The position numbers and the translations under genes were made by a program. Of a stretch of DNA of 64,000 bases, positions 36,654 to 51,328 are shown piece by piece. Where the stretch lies: NCBI GenBank assembly GCA_951406725.2, contig OX597825.1:41974001-42038000 (forward strand), given 5' to 3'. Source of the DNA: Octopus vulgaris (Eukaryota). Under the pieces are notes generated by a model that saw only the letters and a list, made by a program, of their open reading frames with translations, ran no database searches and was not told the origin of the DNA. Every line of letters begins with the position of its first letter. Position 1 is the first letter of the stretch.

Positions 36654-38589
36654 TCACTTGCATTGTCTCTCTTTCTAGCATTCCCTTCACAAAACGATCA
36701 GCAAAACAATAAATTAACTGCTTTTCCTTCTTTTCTTGCTAAGCAAACAAGACTTTTCTCTACTTACACTTGTTAAATAATATCGATTGTTTACAATTTA
36801 TGCTAAGAAATAAAAGAATGGAAAATACAAACAAGCATCATGCGTACAATGTGGATAGTGAAAATTATCAATAATTAATTTTATATTACACAAAAATTAT
36901 TTATCATAAAAGGAGTAAGACATGAAGTGCATGCATTGCATACACTTCATGCACCTTTGTTCCTGTATGTATATATGTTTTGTGTGCGTGTTTGTTTGTG
37001 TGTGTGTGTGTGTCAGTGTATAGAGCATCTGAAAAGTGATAAACTGATAGAAGCATTTGTCACCACTGATAAAAAGCTATTAGCTATGAAAATGCCTGTA
37101 AAAGGTGGTCAGTATTTCTCGTATAGGGAAGCTGAAACTCTGCTAAAAGGAGTTATGGTTACTGTTCTGCATAGCAGTATCAAGATTGCAGGTAAAAATG
37201 GAACTGATAAATTCATAGCAAGTCTATTAGCCATCATGGCTATATCTGACATGATAACTGTCAGAAACTCTTTAGTGACAGGTACCTGCATGATAATGAA
37301 CAGTACACTCTAATGTGGAACTTTATTACTGGACTATGCAGACTGGGTCCTGCCATTCTTGGTTATGTTACATATCTGATGATTTTTACCAGCAAGTTCC
37401 TCAGTGTCAACTAGTTTTAACAGTGAAGCTCATTATTATGGCATTGATCTGAATTGCCGATGCAATATAAATTATGACATAAGCATGTTCATTGATGAAA
37501 TAAGTGTACTAGCTTGATTAGTCCAAAAGGTAAAAATGTAGGTACATCTATTGATACAAGTAAGTCTGAGTGAATGAATAAGATAGTACACTAGTTGATT
37601 TGTTTAGAAAACGATGGAGTAAAGTGTCATCCTCACCAGCTGGTCTGGAGATAGACTCTGTAGATTTCAATTGTTTCATAAGCATGTAATGAATATAATA
37701 ATAGGAAATAATTTCTACAGAGATAAAACAAAGGATAAAAATAAATTGAAAGACACTGCTCTAGAGACAACCACATCTGGAAATGTGACAATAAATGACA
37801 ACAAGGTGACAATACTGATGATGGTGATGACACACTCATACATGCATACATATACTTGGATATTTCCAGTTAAATGTGTAAAGTAAAAATATCCAAATGA
37901 ATGAATTTCTCCCTCTTAAAGTATAAATTTAATTACAGAAGGGAGTAACTGACCTGTAGTCAAAATTAAACAAATTAAATTTTTAACTTATGACTGATTA
38001 ATTAAATTGTCATTGTGAATATGTCTTTCAAATTGATTGACAAATATATTCTTCAGAATAAGTGATATAGAAAGATCTTTGGGGATATATGAATATCCAA
38101 AATTTTAACATCCATTAAACCATTGAAATATTGTCTTGCTTCACATATCAAGAAGAGACAGCTAATTGACTCCCAACAGAATATTCAATTTCTTTTACCA
38201 TTGCATTTTAATTATAATGTACCTAATAAGGAAATAAGTCTCACAGACAGAGTCAGAGTAATAGACAGGAGGAAGAGAGAGGGGATGGGGAAGGAAATAC
38301 ACAGTTACTATTAATTATACAGAAATCAATCCATAGCAACTGAATAATTATAGTTAGCATAAATATACGCTTATATACATACATAGCTGTCTGCAAACAG
38401 TATTATACTGATCTTACCAACCAATTTTGCACTGGGCATTAGATAACAAGGAATGGGAGGTATGGAAAAATATAGTGACTGCTCTCTGATATTAGAGGTG
38501 AGAAAGTGTCATGTCCAGTTTCTACATATGATGATGGGAGGACTAATGGTTGAGAAGTTAGTGTTTATAATCACAGTTGGGCCTGTAGA

Positions 38590-39000
38590 TAAGATAACAT
38601 TTAACCTTTCTCATGCATATACCACATGTCCCCTTAATAGACACCGCAACACAGAAACAGTTGTATACAAGGAAGAGGTAACACCTAAAAATCCCAATGG
38701 GCAGTTAAATGTGCAGAAGTACGTGAGCATAACTGAAGGTCCTATCCAAACCAGATCCAACAACCATATGTCCTCCTTTAATATCCAGGAGAGCTGCTAT
38801 GTCAGCCCTGGTTAAACATTTATGGTCATTTAAGGAAAGCATCAAGGATTACATCATGTGGAAAATCATGGAGAAGTGCATGCCTTATTTAATGATAACA
38901 AAAAGTGCAGGTTATTCATAAATAACTGCCTCTGTGTTGCAGTGTTTGTTAAGAGAACATGTAGTGCTGTTTCTGCATGAGCATCTAGCTTCTGTCTCAG
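38590..39000 (+). mobile_element. PLE GIY-YIG endonuclease remnant
   Basis: TCPLN...TETVVYKEEV...KYVSITEGPIQTRSNNHMSSF...WSFKE...WKI...PY...KKCRL. Confidence 0.75.
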
Positions 39001-39466
39001 GTGTGGATCTACCTGCTAATATTTTCTTTACATTAGGTTTACTGCTAAAAATATTTTGAAGATGTGTCTATTAAAAATTTTACCAAAACAATTCATACTA
39101 CACATAAGTGTCTATCTAGTTTATCAACTAAGCTAAGGACAATTTTGCCCATACAAGTTTTTACACTCAGAGAGAAGGGTATGGAAGAACCAAAAGACAT
39201 TCTGTTGGTGTTTTCTCTTGAAGGCTAGCTGCTAGCAATGTTAAAGACAAGATACTTTACATGCTTGATCCCAAAAGAAAATGGTACTGGAAAGTTTTGT
39301 GGTTCACAACCCACCTCTCTCCCAGAGCCTAAAATATTATTTGGGCAAAATATACCGAAAGGGATTACGGTCTACCTTGGTAGAGAGAAATGGAGAAAGG
39401 CCTATTGTGTGTGGGGGAGGGATATGTATCTATCTGTGTGTGTGTGTGTGTAAATATATAATATAT

Positions 39467-39790
39467 GAAGGTACATGGCTGAGTGGTTAGAGTGTCAGGC
39501 TTACAATTGTGAGGCTGTGTTTGATTTCCGGACCAGGATGTGTGTTATGTTGAGTAAGACACTATATTTCATGTTGCTCCAGTTCACTCAGCAGTAGAAA
39601 TGAGTTGTGATGTTAGTGGTGCCTTTGCCTTTCCCTTAGATAACATTGGTGGTGTGGAGAATGGAGGCTGGTATGCTTGGGTGACTGCTGGTCTTCCATA
39701 AACATTTTTCTTGGACTTGTGCCTTGGATGGTAACTTTCTAGGTGCAATCCCATGGTTATTCATGACTGAAGGGGGTCTTTTACTTTATT
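39467..39790 (+). mobile_element. tRNA-SINE family C with CORE/Meta-like central domain
   Basis: TGGCTGAGTGGTTAG A-box; TTGAGTAAGACACT...TTGCTCCAGTTCACTCAGC central block. Confidence 0.6.
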
Positions 39791-39799
39791 TTATCTAAT

Positions 39800-40800
39800 G
39801 TATCCATAGAAGTCTATGGGTTGTTTACAGAGATGACACCATTGATGAGAGCAAGTACATTGATGGATGAAGTTTTAAAAAAAAACAGCATTGAAGACAA
39901 ACCACATCATGGGAGCTCATCAACTGACCATTAACAAAAATCATGAGTGATAGGTTTGATTTGTGCAGACAGACGAATCATGATCAGTGATTTTGTTGAA
40001 CAAATGAACTTTGGTCATAATGCAGATTTTGAAAGACCTCGAGTATCTGAACATGTATACTTCAGCAGTTGACATCCAATGTGAAGAAGAGAAGTGTGGC
40101 AGTTGGTTTCATCTGCTGGAAGTATTCGGAGGCAATGAAGACATGTTCATTTGCAATCTGGGGAATGGAGTTGAACAGTGACCATGTCTTTAGGATTGGG
40201 AATTGAAGTATCAGGTCATGGGATGGTGTCACATCTCTTTTTCTTTTGAACTTCTGTCTAAGAAGTTCAAAAGCCAGCAGCACAGAAAGTCATGATGGGT
40301 GTATTTGAGATCCATTAGGGCATTATTTTCCTTTATTTTCTGGAGTGTGACTGTAAAGTGAACAGCACATCAAGACACTCAAAGAGTTTAGTAGGACCAT
40401 TAGAAGAGACCAAATAAGAGTCTGAAAACAAGCTACATTCATCATGAAAAGATGAACAACACACTTCTTGATAAAAAATCAGGCAATCAGCAAATGAGGT
40501 TGGTCAGTGATTCTCCCATTCACTATATTGTCTTGATCTGGTGCTCTCTGACTTCCACCTGCTTGGTCCAGTGAAAGACTCACTTTGAGGACAATGATTT
40601 AATGACACAGATGCAGTGAAATTGGCTGTGAAGAAGTATGTGCAACAAGGGAGCCTGAAGTTTTCAAAAAGGATTTAAGAGATTAGTTAAATGCTAGTGC
40701 AAACACATCACCCATGGTGGAGACTGTTGTATAATGCCTTTGTATTGGCTATTTGAAGAATTAAATCAGTTAATAAAAGAGTTATGCTCATTTTTGCATT
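39800..40800 (+). mobile_element. Decayed mariner (DD34D-type) transposase
   Basis: EDKP...G, DRRI, KKFK...KVMMGVF, HSLYCLDLVLSDFHLLGPVK. Confidence 0.75.
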
Positions 40801-41747
40801 ACCACAGAAGTAGCCATTAGATTTATCTAAGTAATAAGAAAAATAATGGGAAATTAAATCCTGTGAGTTGAATAAAGAAAGAAATAGTCAAAGGTGACGG
40901 TTTAATTATGTGAGTAATATTGAGATAAAAGATAGCTTAGAAGTGTAAATGAAAGAAAAAAGACATATTAAAAGCTGTTTCAAAGTTAAATAAAGTGTAA
41001 ATGAAATAAAACAAAATATAAGAACCAGTATAGATGATGTAGGTAAATATGATGACAAGATATGAAGAAATTTACATAAATAACTACACAAATACAAAAA
41101 GACAATAAAGAATAAAACATACTATTTAAGTGCATTGGTAGATAAAATTCAAATGACCCAAGGGAATAATTAGAATCTGTCCAGAAACAAATCTCTTATT
41201 AGGACTGTAAAATAAAAAGATAATTAAATTAAATTTTGCTAGCAATACTAAAGATAATGTTTGAAGTGTGTTATTTTAAGGCAGAGAAATTTATTTTTAG
41301 TAAAACTAAAGATATATTACATTTTAAATAGTTATAAGTTCTAGATTATATCGATAAAAGTGGGTGGAAAGATAAATCTTATAAAAATGATCTAAAGGAA
41401 TTGAATTTATAATGAAATGAAATGAAATGAAATATATTGCACTAAAATGAGTGACTAACTCATGAAAGTATGACAAAAATAATACTAATAAAACTAAAGT
41501 GAAGATCAAATAGTGTATATGTTTAACTGGCAAAAACTGACCATTTATAACAATGTATGACAATGTGAATTACTAGGAAAAATATAATGCACAGGTAGAT
41601 GTCCTGAACTTTATAAGGAAGACTTTGGTAAGTAAGAATATAAGGTATAAATTAGTATGAGTGATAGACTTTCCACTCAAAATATGTACTTAATGCTCTA
41701 AACTAAGGAGGTGTAGGAGTAAATGTAATGATTATGTTACACTTGTC

Positions 41748-42159
41748 TTTTACTCTTTTACTTTTTTCAGTCATTTGACTGCAGCCATGCTGGAGCACCA
41801 CCTTTAGTCAAGCAAACCAACCCCAGGACTTATTCTTTGTAAGCCTAGTATTTATTCTATTGTTCTCTTTTGCCAAACTGCTAAGTTACAGGGATGTAAC
41901 TTAGTTACAGGGATGTAACACACCAGCATTGGTTGTCAAGCGATGTTGGGGGAGGGGACAAACACACACACACACATATATATATACATATATATATGAC
42001 GGGCTTCTTTCAGTTTCCATCTACTAAATCCACTCACAAGGCTTTGGTCGGCCCGAGGCTATAGTAGAAGACACTTGCCCAAAGTGCTACACAGTGGGAC
42101 TGAACCCAGAATCATGTGGCTGGTAAGCAAGCTACTTACCACAGAGCCACTCCTGCACC
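41748..42159 (-). mobile_element. Full-length tRNA-SINE family A
   Basis: Complete from head to tail in reverse orientation. Confidence 0.9.
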
Positions 42160-45100
42160 TAAGTTAATAAAACTTAAAATATATATAGAACTGAACTTGA
42201 TACCACCCAGGTCTAGAAATGCAGAATAAGATAGGATGGGATCATATTAAAAATAATAAATTCAATTAGTGAGGCAAATTTTATTTCATTGAAAATGTTT
42301 TTAAAAGTGCTGTGATTACAGAACTGTGACATAAGCACATTTTCAGTAATTAACTGAATATCTTACACACATTTATTTTGATATCAGTGCCTGTATGTTA
42401 TGTTATTTTCAGTATGATATGTTGTTTAAAACAATTTCATTTATTGAGTTTATAAGTATTGTTGTTTCAATCTGAAACTAATGCTTATAAATGTATATTT
42501 GATAACATATTCATTAAAATTCTAAGTGTCAAATAAATAAATAAATAAATAATTAAATAAATAAATAAATAATTAAATAAAGGCCAGAGTTATTAAGATG
42601 AAATGTTTGATGCTTCTTTATAAATAACACATCTATAAAATATTAGCTTGATCTCCATAAAGTCATTGTGTAGTATTGGTTGTACTGACATATACCAAAC
42701 CAGCCTTTGAAAAATGTTTTTATATGGTTGTCTGCCTGCAGGAAATAGCAGCCAACTTCTTTCAAATTCCACCTTAGCATCTTAAAAAAGGTCCTAGGTT
42801 GGTAATGGTTGCAACCATATTGATCACAGATAGATTCAGAGAGGTACTTGTCATCCATTATTGCTACTATTTTTAAAATTCCATTTCATTTTTCAAAAGC
42901 TTAATCTATTATAGTGCTTATATTGTGAGTTCCTGCCAATTTTTTTTAAATACTAATCATTGCAAGTTGCAGACAGGATCTGAAACTCAGTAATTTATTA
43001 CATTTTGTCTTGGCTTTTCCTTGTCAGAAAAATCAAGTCACCAAATTTACATGCGCTATGAAGTATATTGGTCTTCATCAATATGGTTTAAGATTTTGAT
43101 GACCAGTAATCTTATATAATGTAGCAGACTAGTATTTTCCTCTACTTTCAAAACAGTGACCAACAGCAACAGCTTGTGATCAGGCAAAAAAATTGTTCAA
43201 AATCTCATTTAAAAACAACAATAACATATGTATTCTACACTCTGGTTTAACAAAGCAAAATGGTATTATAAACAACAAACTATATTTGATATTTTCACAA
43301 AGAAAATAGTTAAATTGTAGTTTATTGCCAATTCCACTCAATCCAAAAAGAATAAATTACTTCAAATAATATTTTGTTCACATAAAATCAGAAATTAATC
43401 ATTCTTTTAAAGTAAAGGCAAAAAAATAATATAACATTTTGTGCATTAGAAAAACAATTAGATATTTTTTGAATAAACAGTGAAGATGAAAGAAATAATT
43501 AATTACTCAAATATGATAATGATGACTATCCTACATGGCCAAGGAGGATGACCACTGGCTTGTAGGATTACCATAGTCAGATACAATGCTCAACAGTATT
43601 CATATGTTGACTGTAATTACAACCAGTCTATAACTAATGGTAAAGCAACTTAAAATAATTGTCAATCTTATGTCTGAACATGAATACTAAAGCTGCTTCT
43701 CTAGACAAACAGAAGATATTGAACACAGTATTACTAACTAAAGAAATAATTGTCAGTTTTACCATACTGCAGCTGCTTATAATAGAACACTTGCTCTTAC
43801 CCTACTGTCACTGTTTATAATTTAAAGAACTAGACCAGTATGAGGGTTAAATGTCTTGACCATGGTCTCAAAATGATGCCAATGGCAGTTATATAAACCA
43901 TCAATCTTTCTGTTGGTTCATCTGGTACCACATCTATTCAGTATCTCCACTCTTATGGAATGAATCAGTAGATTATAATGTTGATTGACTGAGTTTTACC
44001 AAGCCCCATAGAATCTGTAGCATTAGTAAATATTGGATTTGTATCCCAATGGCTATTTAATTATAGTTTGTTAATAGGATTCTTAAATGCAATATCATGT
44101 TCATTTAATTTCTTCTAAATAACTTCCATCTGCCATATTCTTTTTTTCATATATGTTTGTAATTATTTATTTTTGTGATTTTTAGTAGCAAATATGCCAT
44201 CTTAATTACAACTGATTCTACTATGTTTAACAGCATTAGGCAATAAGAGTTGATATGTCATTTTAACAGATTAGGATGCAATTGATTCCAAACGCTCAGA
44301 TTCACATTACTGGTTGCCAACTGTTGCAAGACATTAATAAATGGATGTAAAAATGGATTTAACATTCATTTTATCAATTAATGTACTATCATATGAGCGG
44401 GCAATATGGCTAACTTGTGCTTGATGCAGTCCCTGAGATGGTAAACAGATGAAAATAAAATCTTCTTTAGCATAAAATGCAAGTATCTCTTTATCTTCAT
44501 CATTTTACTTGTTTCAGTCATCAGACTGTGGCTATGTTGTGGCACTGACATGAAGAGTTTAGTTGAACAATTCAAAAACTGGACTTATTCTATTAGTCTC
44601 TTGTCAAAAAGTAGCAAGGAAGACACAGAAACACAGGGACACACACATACAGACATAATACATACTTTCACAAATGCATATATGATGGGCTTCCATGCAG
44701 TTTCCATCTACCACATCCACTTACAAGGCATTGGCTAACATTTTCCCTAATTTCAAGGCTTGGTTTGAAAGTGTGCAAACAAACCCCACAAACTAGACTG
44801 TAACTGTAATTAAGTAGCCCAACCAAGTCACACTATTATACTGATTCTACTTGAAATTTATGCTAAGAGTAAACATGTCAGTAAAGTAAACAATTACTTC
44901 TTGTAATGATCCGATGGGAAGGTCATTTGGGGATTAAGACGACTAGTTGCACATGTTTCAAACTGATGAGAGTGACCATTCTATTTATGTCTGAGTGTGT
45001 GTACGCATGTGTGTGTGATAATATAATCTAGTGGTCCTGTTGTCTGGAAAGAGTGAGGAGCCAAAAGAGGAGAAAATAGTTAAAGCAGCAGAAAAGTAAT

Positions 45101-45206
45101 GTAGTATACATGCATGAATACAGGGGAAATTTGTATGTATATATATATTACATGGAAAAATACGAGCATGAAAAGTCATATTCTTCAGATTATAAATCTG
45201 GAAAAG

Positions 45207-45603
45207 TACAGGACAAGTTATTACACCTGTAAAAGTATAGGACAAGCTATTACTTCTAGTAAAGTAAAGAATAAAAAACTTTTTACTCAAAATATTGCAG
45301 CAAAGAATGCCAGTTCTTCTAATTTATCACACTTTACAGTTCTCATCTTTTAAATTTTATTGTACAAAACTGTTCAGCTAATTTGTAAGTTTGTCTTATT
45401 AGTCACTTTTTCTGTATTTAAGGTAGTAAATTAGCCAAATTCTACTTAGATAAGTATAGTGTTATTTGTAAACTATAATAAAATAAGTTTTAATATTAAA
45501 ATTTTAATTTTAGCTGCAATATTTTAAGTAAAAAGGTTTCTTATTCTTTACTTGAAGTAATAGCTTGTCCTATATTTTTACAAGTGTAATAACTTGTCCT
45601 GTA
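45207..45603. mobile_element. MITE-like element with ~95-bp imperfect inverted repeats
   Basis: tacaggacaagttattacac...aatattgcagc at the left is mirrored by gctgcaatatt...gtgtaataacttgtcctgta at the right. Confidence 0.75.
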
Positions 45604-46477
45604 TTCCATGTAATCCATGATCTTTCCAGGTATTGCTGTTATACGATAATGAATAATGTGTCAATAATTTAAGATTTTACCTTATAAAATACTGAAAGAT
45701 AATATTTCAATTTTTGCATGTAAGTGATGATAATATTTCAATTTTTTTCATGTTTAATTTAAATATATGTTGTGATTGAATTATTTGATATTACCCATAC
45801 ACACCAAATTAATGGCAGGGATTTTTACCATGTTGTTGGTTGCACCATGGCTCACCAAAAGTTACAAACAAGACCTCAAAACCATCAGTTACCATGCTCA
45901 CCTTTAGTAACCTAATTTTGAAATATTAGGAAGTCACAGGAATTCATTCAACAAAAAAATTCCAGTGATTCCAGGATGGGGGGACCCTCATCTCATTTTT
46001 TCCGAACCAAAATAAGGAATTTGCAGCATATTAGGTGGTGAGGGTACTTGATTCAACGCAAAAAAATCAATTTTTTTTCTTAGTGAAAATCGTGCGAGTG
46101 TTAATAATGGAAATTGACCATAATGCTGTTGTTATTTAGCCTCAAATCAACCCTGATTCTACAAAAGTATCATCAAAGACACTCCAGCCTCCAGCAAACC
46201 GTCTTTTTAGGGATAATCTGGGACATTACATACAATGGACGTGTGATTTAGGTAGGGGGATACTTTGGCTGCTATTTTTAGCGTGTTGAGCGGCCAGGTA
46301 GAGGCTCTTTCATTGGTTCGATTGCGTGATGAGATTCTTTTACACATATATGTAATATGTATATATATCATCGGTAGAAGTTAGAGAGTAAGTCAAAAGC
46401 TGAGAGTTTCTTGTATTGGCACTTATCAAACACGAATTTGTCCATTGTCACTCTGTAACTTCTGACGAAATAACTTT

Positions 46478-46902
46478 AAAAATACAAAATTTTGTCAAAA
46501 ACGTTACGCGTAAACCCTGTTCTATGTGACACATTCTACCAGTATCGGAAGTTTGAAAGTGTTTTTTTTTTTTTAATTAATTCAATAATCTGTACGTCTA
46601 ATTGAATAGATCCGAAATGGATGAAAGGCAAAGTCATCCTCGACGGAATTTGAACTCAGAACGTACAGACAGACGAAATACATCTTCTAAAGTACAAAAT
46701 TTTGTCAAAAACGTTAAGAATAAACCCTATTCCATGTGACACATTCTACAAGTATCAGAAGTTTGAAAGTGTTTAGTTAAAAAAAAATTAATTAAATAAT
46801 CTGTACGTCAAAGTCAACCTCGGCAAAATTTGAATTAACAACATCAAGACAGGCGAAATACCGCCTGTCTTGATATTAACGTTTCTACCAGCTCTCTGCC
46901 TT
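46478..46902. repeat. Diverged tandem duplication (~210-bp period) including SINE B pieces
   Basis: tacaaaattttgtcaaaaacgtta...taatctgtacgtc occurs twice. Confidence 0.85.
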
Positions 46903-47375
46903 ACAATATAAGCATTCATTTTAGAAATATATTCTTTATTCTTATTGCTTAAGCGTTACTTCTTACTTACTGACATTAATTTTCATAACATTTTATCTCA
47001 TAACTGCTGTTTTACTAATTTTTTGTTCAATGCGACTAACGATTCTGAATTCCTCATGTATTTTCCTATCATTTAAGCCTAAGAAAAGTATACTTTTAAT
47101 TTTAAATTAAAAAGTTTATTTTAATTGAAGATGAATATCTGCTGCCTTACTGCCCACTTGCGGTCTGATATATTTTGATGTAACTTTTTTCTACTGAACC
47201 AAATCTCAAACTATTCATGCCAAAGTGTAGCTGAGCAGGTGTCCTCTTTAAAACTATTGACAGTTTGAAATTTAGATGAGAACTGAATTAGTAGTGAACC
47301 TTGGAAGCTGCTGCGATTGACGAAATGGTGGACTTAAGAATATATTCAATTACTACCGTGGTTGAACGATACTCT

Positions 47376-47646
47376 ATTCTTTTATTTCTTTCCGTCATTT
47401 GACTGCGGCCATGCAGGAGCGCCGCCTTTAGTCGAACAAACCCACCTCAGGACTTATTCTTTGTAATCCTAGTACTTATTCTATCGGCACACACACACAC
47501 ACACATATATATATACGACGTGTTTCTTTCAGTTTCCGTCTACCAAATCTACTCACAAGGCTTTAGTCGGCCCGAGGCTATAGTGTAAGACACTTGCCCA
47601 AGGTGCCACGCAGTGGGACTGAACCTGGGACCATGTGGTTGGTAGG
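47376..47646 (-). mobile_element. tRNA-SINE family A (CpGs retained)
   Basis: Family match with intact CpGs. Confidence 0.85.
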
Positions 47647-48746
47647 TATATGTATGTAGTTAATCCAAACACGGAGAAAAATCACAAGAAAAAACAACAA
47701 TGCGAGGACGTGGTACAAGCGAAGTATTAATAAGGTGCTCAGGGAAGAAAAGAAAGGTTGTTTTACGTTTCGAGCTAGAGTGTATATGTATATGTGCATA
47801 TGTGTGTGTGTATGAGTGTATGTATGTATACATGTGTATATAGAAGCAACAGGTGAGGTCCGGAGGTGTTCGGTATAGAAAACACGTACTAGTGCTCAAG
47901 TAATTTGAACTTACACTCCAAAATCTTTATCGCCAACTAAATTACAGGGTAAAGAATGGCTATAAGAGAAATCCAGGTGAGCTGATAAGGAGATAATGAT
48001 GCAAATAAACAAACAAACAAACGCACTTGTGTTTAATATATAAAATATACACATAAATATACGTATAGGGATATATACTCTTTTATATATATAATAAAAA
48101 ACGGAAAATATTCTTATGAACATTCATGTCTAAGCATTTATATATTTACAGAACAGATTTACATGGAGCTCAAAAAATACAGAAAATTAAGGGGAGATGG
48201 CAATATATTTCATGTACGACACCTGTTTCTGGGAATTACATAATAGTTATAATGTTGGCAGATGGAGTGTTCAAAAAGTCAAAAATATGCAGCTAGTAGT
48301 GGACGCTTACAAACATTACCGCAAATCTGGCCTCTGCTTTCAAGGTGGAGAGATTGTGCTGAAGGAATGCATTAAGAATGAAAATATATCTCTAAAATTT
48401 TGTTTTGATGGTTCTTGTGTTGACCAAAACACCATACATATTGTGTATGTGTGTGTTTGTTATAGACACAGATCAGCATAGAAGATGAGTGTTAACTGAT
48501 GATGATATATGTATATGCTATTTATATCCTCATAAAAAGCAAAGTTTGTTTGTATGTTGACCACTGATAACACTAAATAAAATTAATAATATTTCAGGTT
48601 TTTCGTGTCATTTAAATTAATATGACTATTCTGCAGTGTTCTGAAAACAGAATGGTGGGGCCGAGGTAGTGGTGAATAGGCTCCTATTTCTTGCAATCCA
48701 CGTACAGTCTGTTTCGCCGTAATGTTTTTTACATAGTGAAAATATC

Positions 48747-49083
48747 TACTTGTTTCAGTCATTTAACTGCGGTCATGCTGGAGTACCGCCTTTAGTCGAA
48801 CAAATCGATCCCAGGACTTATTCTTTGTAAGCCTAGTATTTATTCCATCGGACTCTTTTACACACCAACATCGGTTGTCAAACGATGGTGGGGGAGTACA
48901 AACATACACACGCACATATACGACGGACTTCTTTCAGTTTTTGCCTACTTAATCCACTCACAAGGCTTTGGTCGGCCTGAGGCTCTAGTAGAATACGCTT
49001 GCCCAAGGTGCCACACAGTGGGACTGAACCTGGAACTATGTGGTTGATAGGCAAGCTACTTACCACACAGCAACTCCTGCGCC
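48747..49083 (-). mobile_element. tRNA-SINE family A
   Basis: Family match, head GGCGCAGGAG. Confidence 0.85.
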
Positions 49084-49157
49084 TATATATATTATTCAAA
49101 ACATGTAACTCTCAATAAATGTGTTGAGTGCCCTTTCTTTTGTTTGTCCTCTCATAT

Positions 49158-49206
<49 letters not shown>

Positions 49207-49763
49207 CGTTTAAATATTTGTTGTGCAAGATTTTTTATGTGAAGTCGTGTGTTGAAACAGATATTGTTATATTTCGGAATGGTCATATTGCCAGTTTAGC
49301 CAATAAAAACACACGCACTATATATTTGGTGTTATTTTGCTTCAGTGATATTTATTTTTTACATTAATCTTAATCTTATTTCGGCCAAAGTTCTTTCGTC
49401 ACACTCCTGTAACCGCATCAGTGGTCCTTTGTTTTCTTCTCACTTACTTGTGTCTCTCCTTACTAACCGTCAGCCATTTTGTATTTCTATTGTATGTCTT
49501 CATTTGCGCATGCTTATATCTCTATGTGCGTCTATGTTTATTTAGTGTGTGTGTGAGGGGGATGCCTGTAATATTTGTATCTTCTGGTTATATACATTCT
49601 TGTAATTTGTATTTTGTTTTTGTTGCTTTTGTTCTAATTTTGTTCATGTGTTTACATCCACCCATTATTATCATTACATATGCTTGTATGTATGTATAAC
49701 AACAATATTAGTAATAATAATAATAAATCTAATTGAAAAAAAAAAAAATAAATAAAAATAAAA

Positions 49764-49794
<31 letters not shown>

Positions 49795-50291
49795 CATATA
49801 CATACATATACATATATATATATACATATATACATATATATACATACATACATATACATATACATACACATACACATATATATACATATACATACACATA
49901 TATATACACACATACACACACATATACACATATACATACACATATACATATATATAGTTATTCATTTCTATTTCTTTAATTATCTGTGTATTTATTATGT
50001 TTGCAGGATCCACTATCGTCATATGTTGTGGTGTGCGCTATTGCTCCATTCTAGTTTTCTATTCAGGCTAGGTTTATTTTCTATTATATGTGTAGCTTCT
50101 GTAATTTGTCTAATTGTTGCATCTGTTCTATGTGTGGACAATATCTTAATCTCTATGTTATTGATTGATCCCCCGTGTTCTTGTTCAGCGTGTTGGTACA
50201 GAATCGATGAGCTTTTACCTTCCTTGAGTTGTCTCCAATGTTCATTCACCCGCTCACCAATGCTTCTTGCTGTTTCCCCTACGTATGTTAC

Positions 50292-50576
50292 TGTAACAAG
50301 ACAGTAACATACGTAGGGGAAACAGCAAGAAGCATTGGTGAGCGGGTGAATGAACATTGGAGACAACTCAAGGAAGGTAAAAGCTCATCGATTCTGTACC
50401 AACACGCTGAACAAGAACACGGGGGATCAATCAATAACATAGAGATTAAGATATTGTCCACACATAGAACAGATGCAACAATTAGACAAATTACAGAAGC
50501 TACACATATAATAGAAAATAAACCTAGCCTGAATAGAAAACTAGAATGGAGCAATAGCGCACACCACAACATATGA
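50292..50576 (+). pseudogene. PLE GIY-YIG endonuclease C-terminal half (mirror copy at 50019-50294 on the minus strand)
   Basis: [22 protein letters not shown]...HAEQEH...RQITEATHI...PSLNRKLEW. The apparent N-terminus of the track ORF is just the antisense arm. Confidence 0.9.
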
Positions 50577-50790
50577 CAATAGTGGATCCTGCAAACATAA
50601 TAAATACACAGATAATTAAAGAAATAGAAATGAATAACTATATATATGTATATGTGTATGTATGTGTGTGTATGTGTGTATATATATGTGTATGTATATG
50701 TATATATATGTGTATGTGTATGTATATGTATATGTATGTATGTATATATATGTATATATGTATATATATATATGTATATGTATGTATATG

Positions 50791-50854
<64 letters not shown>

Positions 50855-51169
50855 CAATTAGATTTATTATTATTATTACTAATATTGTTGTTATACATAC
50901 ATACAAGCATATGTAATGATAATAATGGGTGGATGTAAACACATGAACAAAATTAGAACAAAAGCAACAACAACAAAAACAAAATACAAATTACAAGAAT
51001 GTATATAACCAGAAGATACAAATATTACAGGCATCCCCTCCCACACACACACTAAATAAACATAGACGCACATAGAGATATAAGCATGCGCAAATGAAGA
51101 CATACAATAGAAATACAAAATGGCTGACGGTTAGTAAGGAGAGACACAAGTAAGTGAGAAGAAAACAAA

Positions 51170-51214
51170 GGACCACTGATGCGGTCACAGGAGTGTGACG
51201 AAAGAACTTTGGCC
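51170..51214 (+). ncRNA. Hammerhead-like motif (A9 position is C); mirror copy at 49383-49427
   Basis: ggacca-CTGATGCG-gtcaca ggag tgtgac-GAAA-gaactt-tggcc. Confidence 0.55.
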
Positions 51215-51328
51215 GAAATAAGATTAAGATTAATGTAAAAAATAAATATCACTGAAGCAAAATAACACCAAATATATAGTGCGTGTGTTTTTATTGGCTA
51301 AACTGGCAATATGACCATTCCGAAATAT

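Noticed and set aside
48215-48350. Minus-strand GAAACAGGTGTC as the 3' half of an HHR
   Set aside because: No convincing CUGANGA strand upstream.
50229-50291. N-terminus [19 protein letters not shown] of the two 115-aa ORFs
   Set aside because: It is the antisense of the opposite arm, produced by the palindrome; these are not real standalone genes.
49652-50942. Stacks of YI/CV/HT-rich ORFs (also near 20.6, 23.5, 55.0 and 63.6 kb)
   Set aside because: They are translations of (TA)n, (TG)n and (CATA)n microsatellites.
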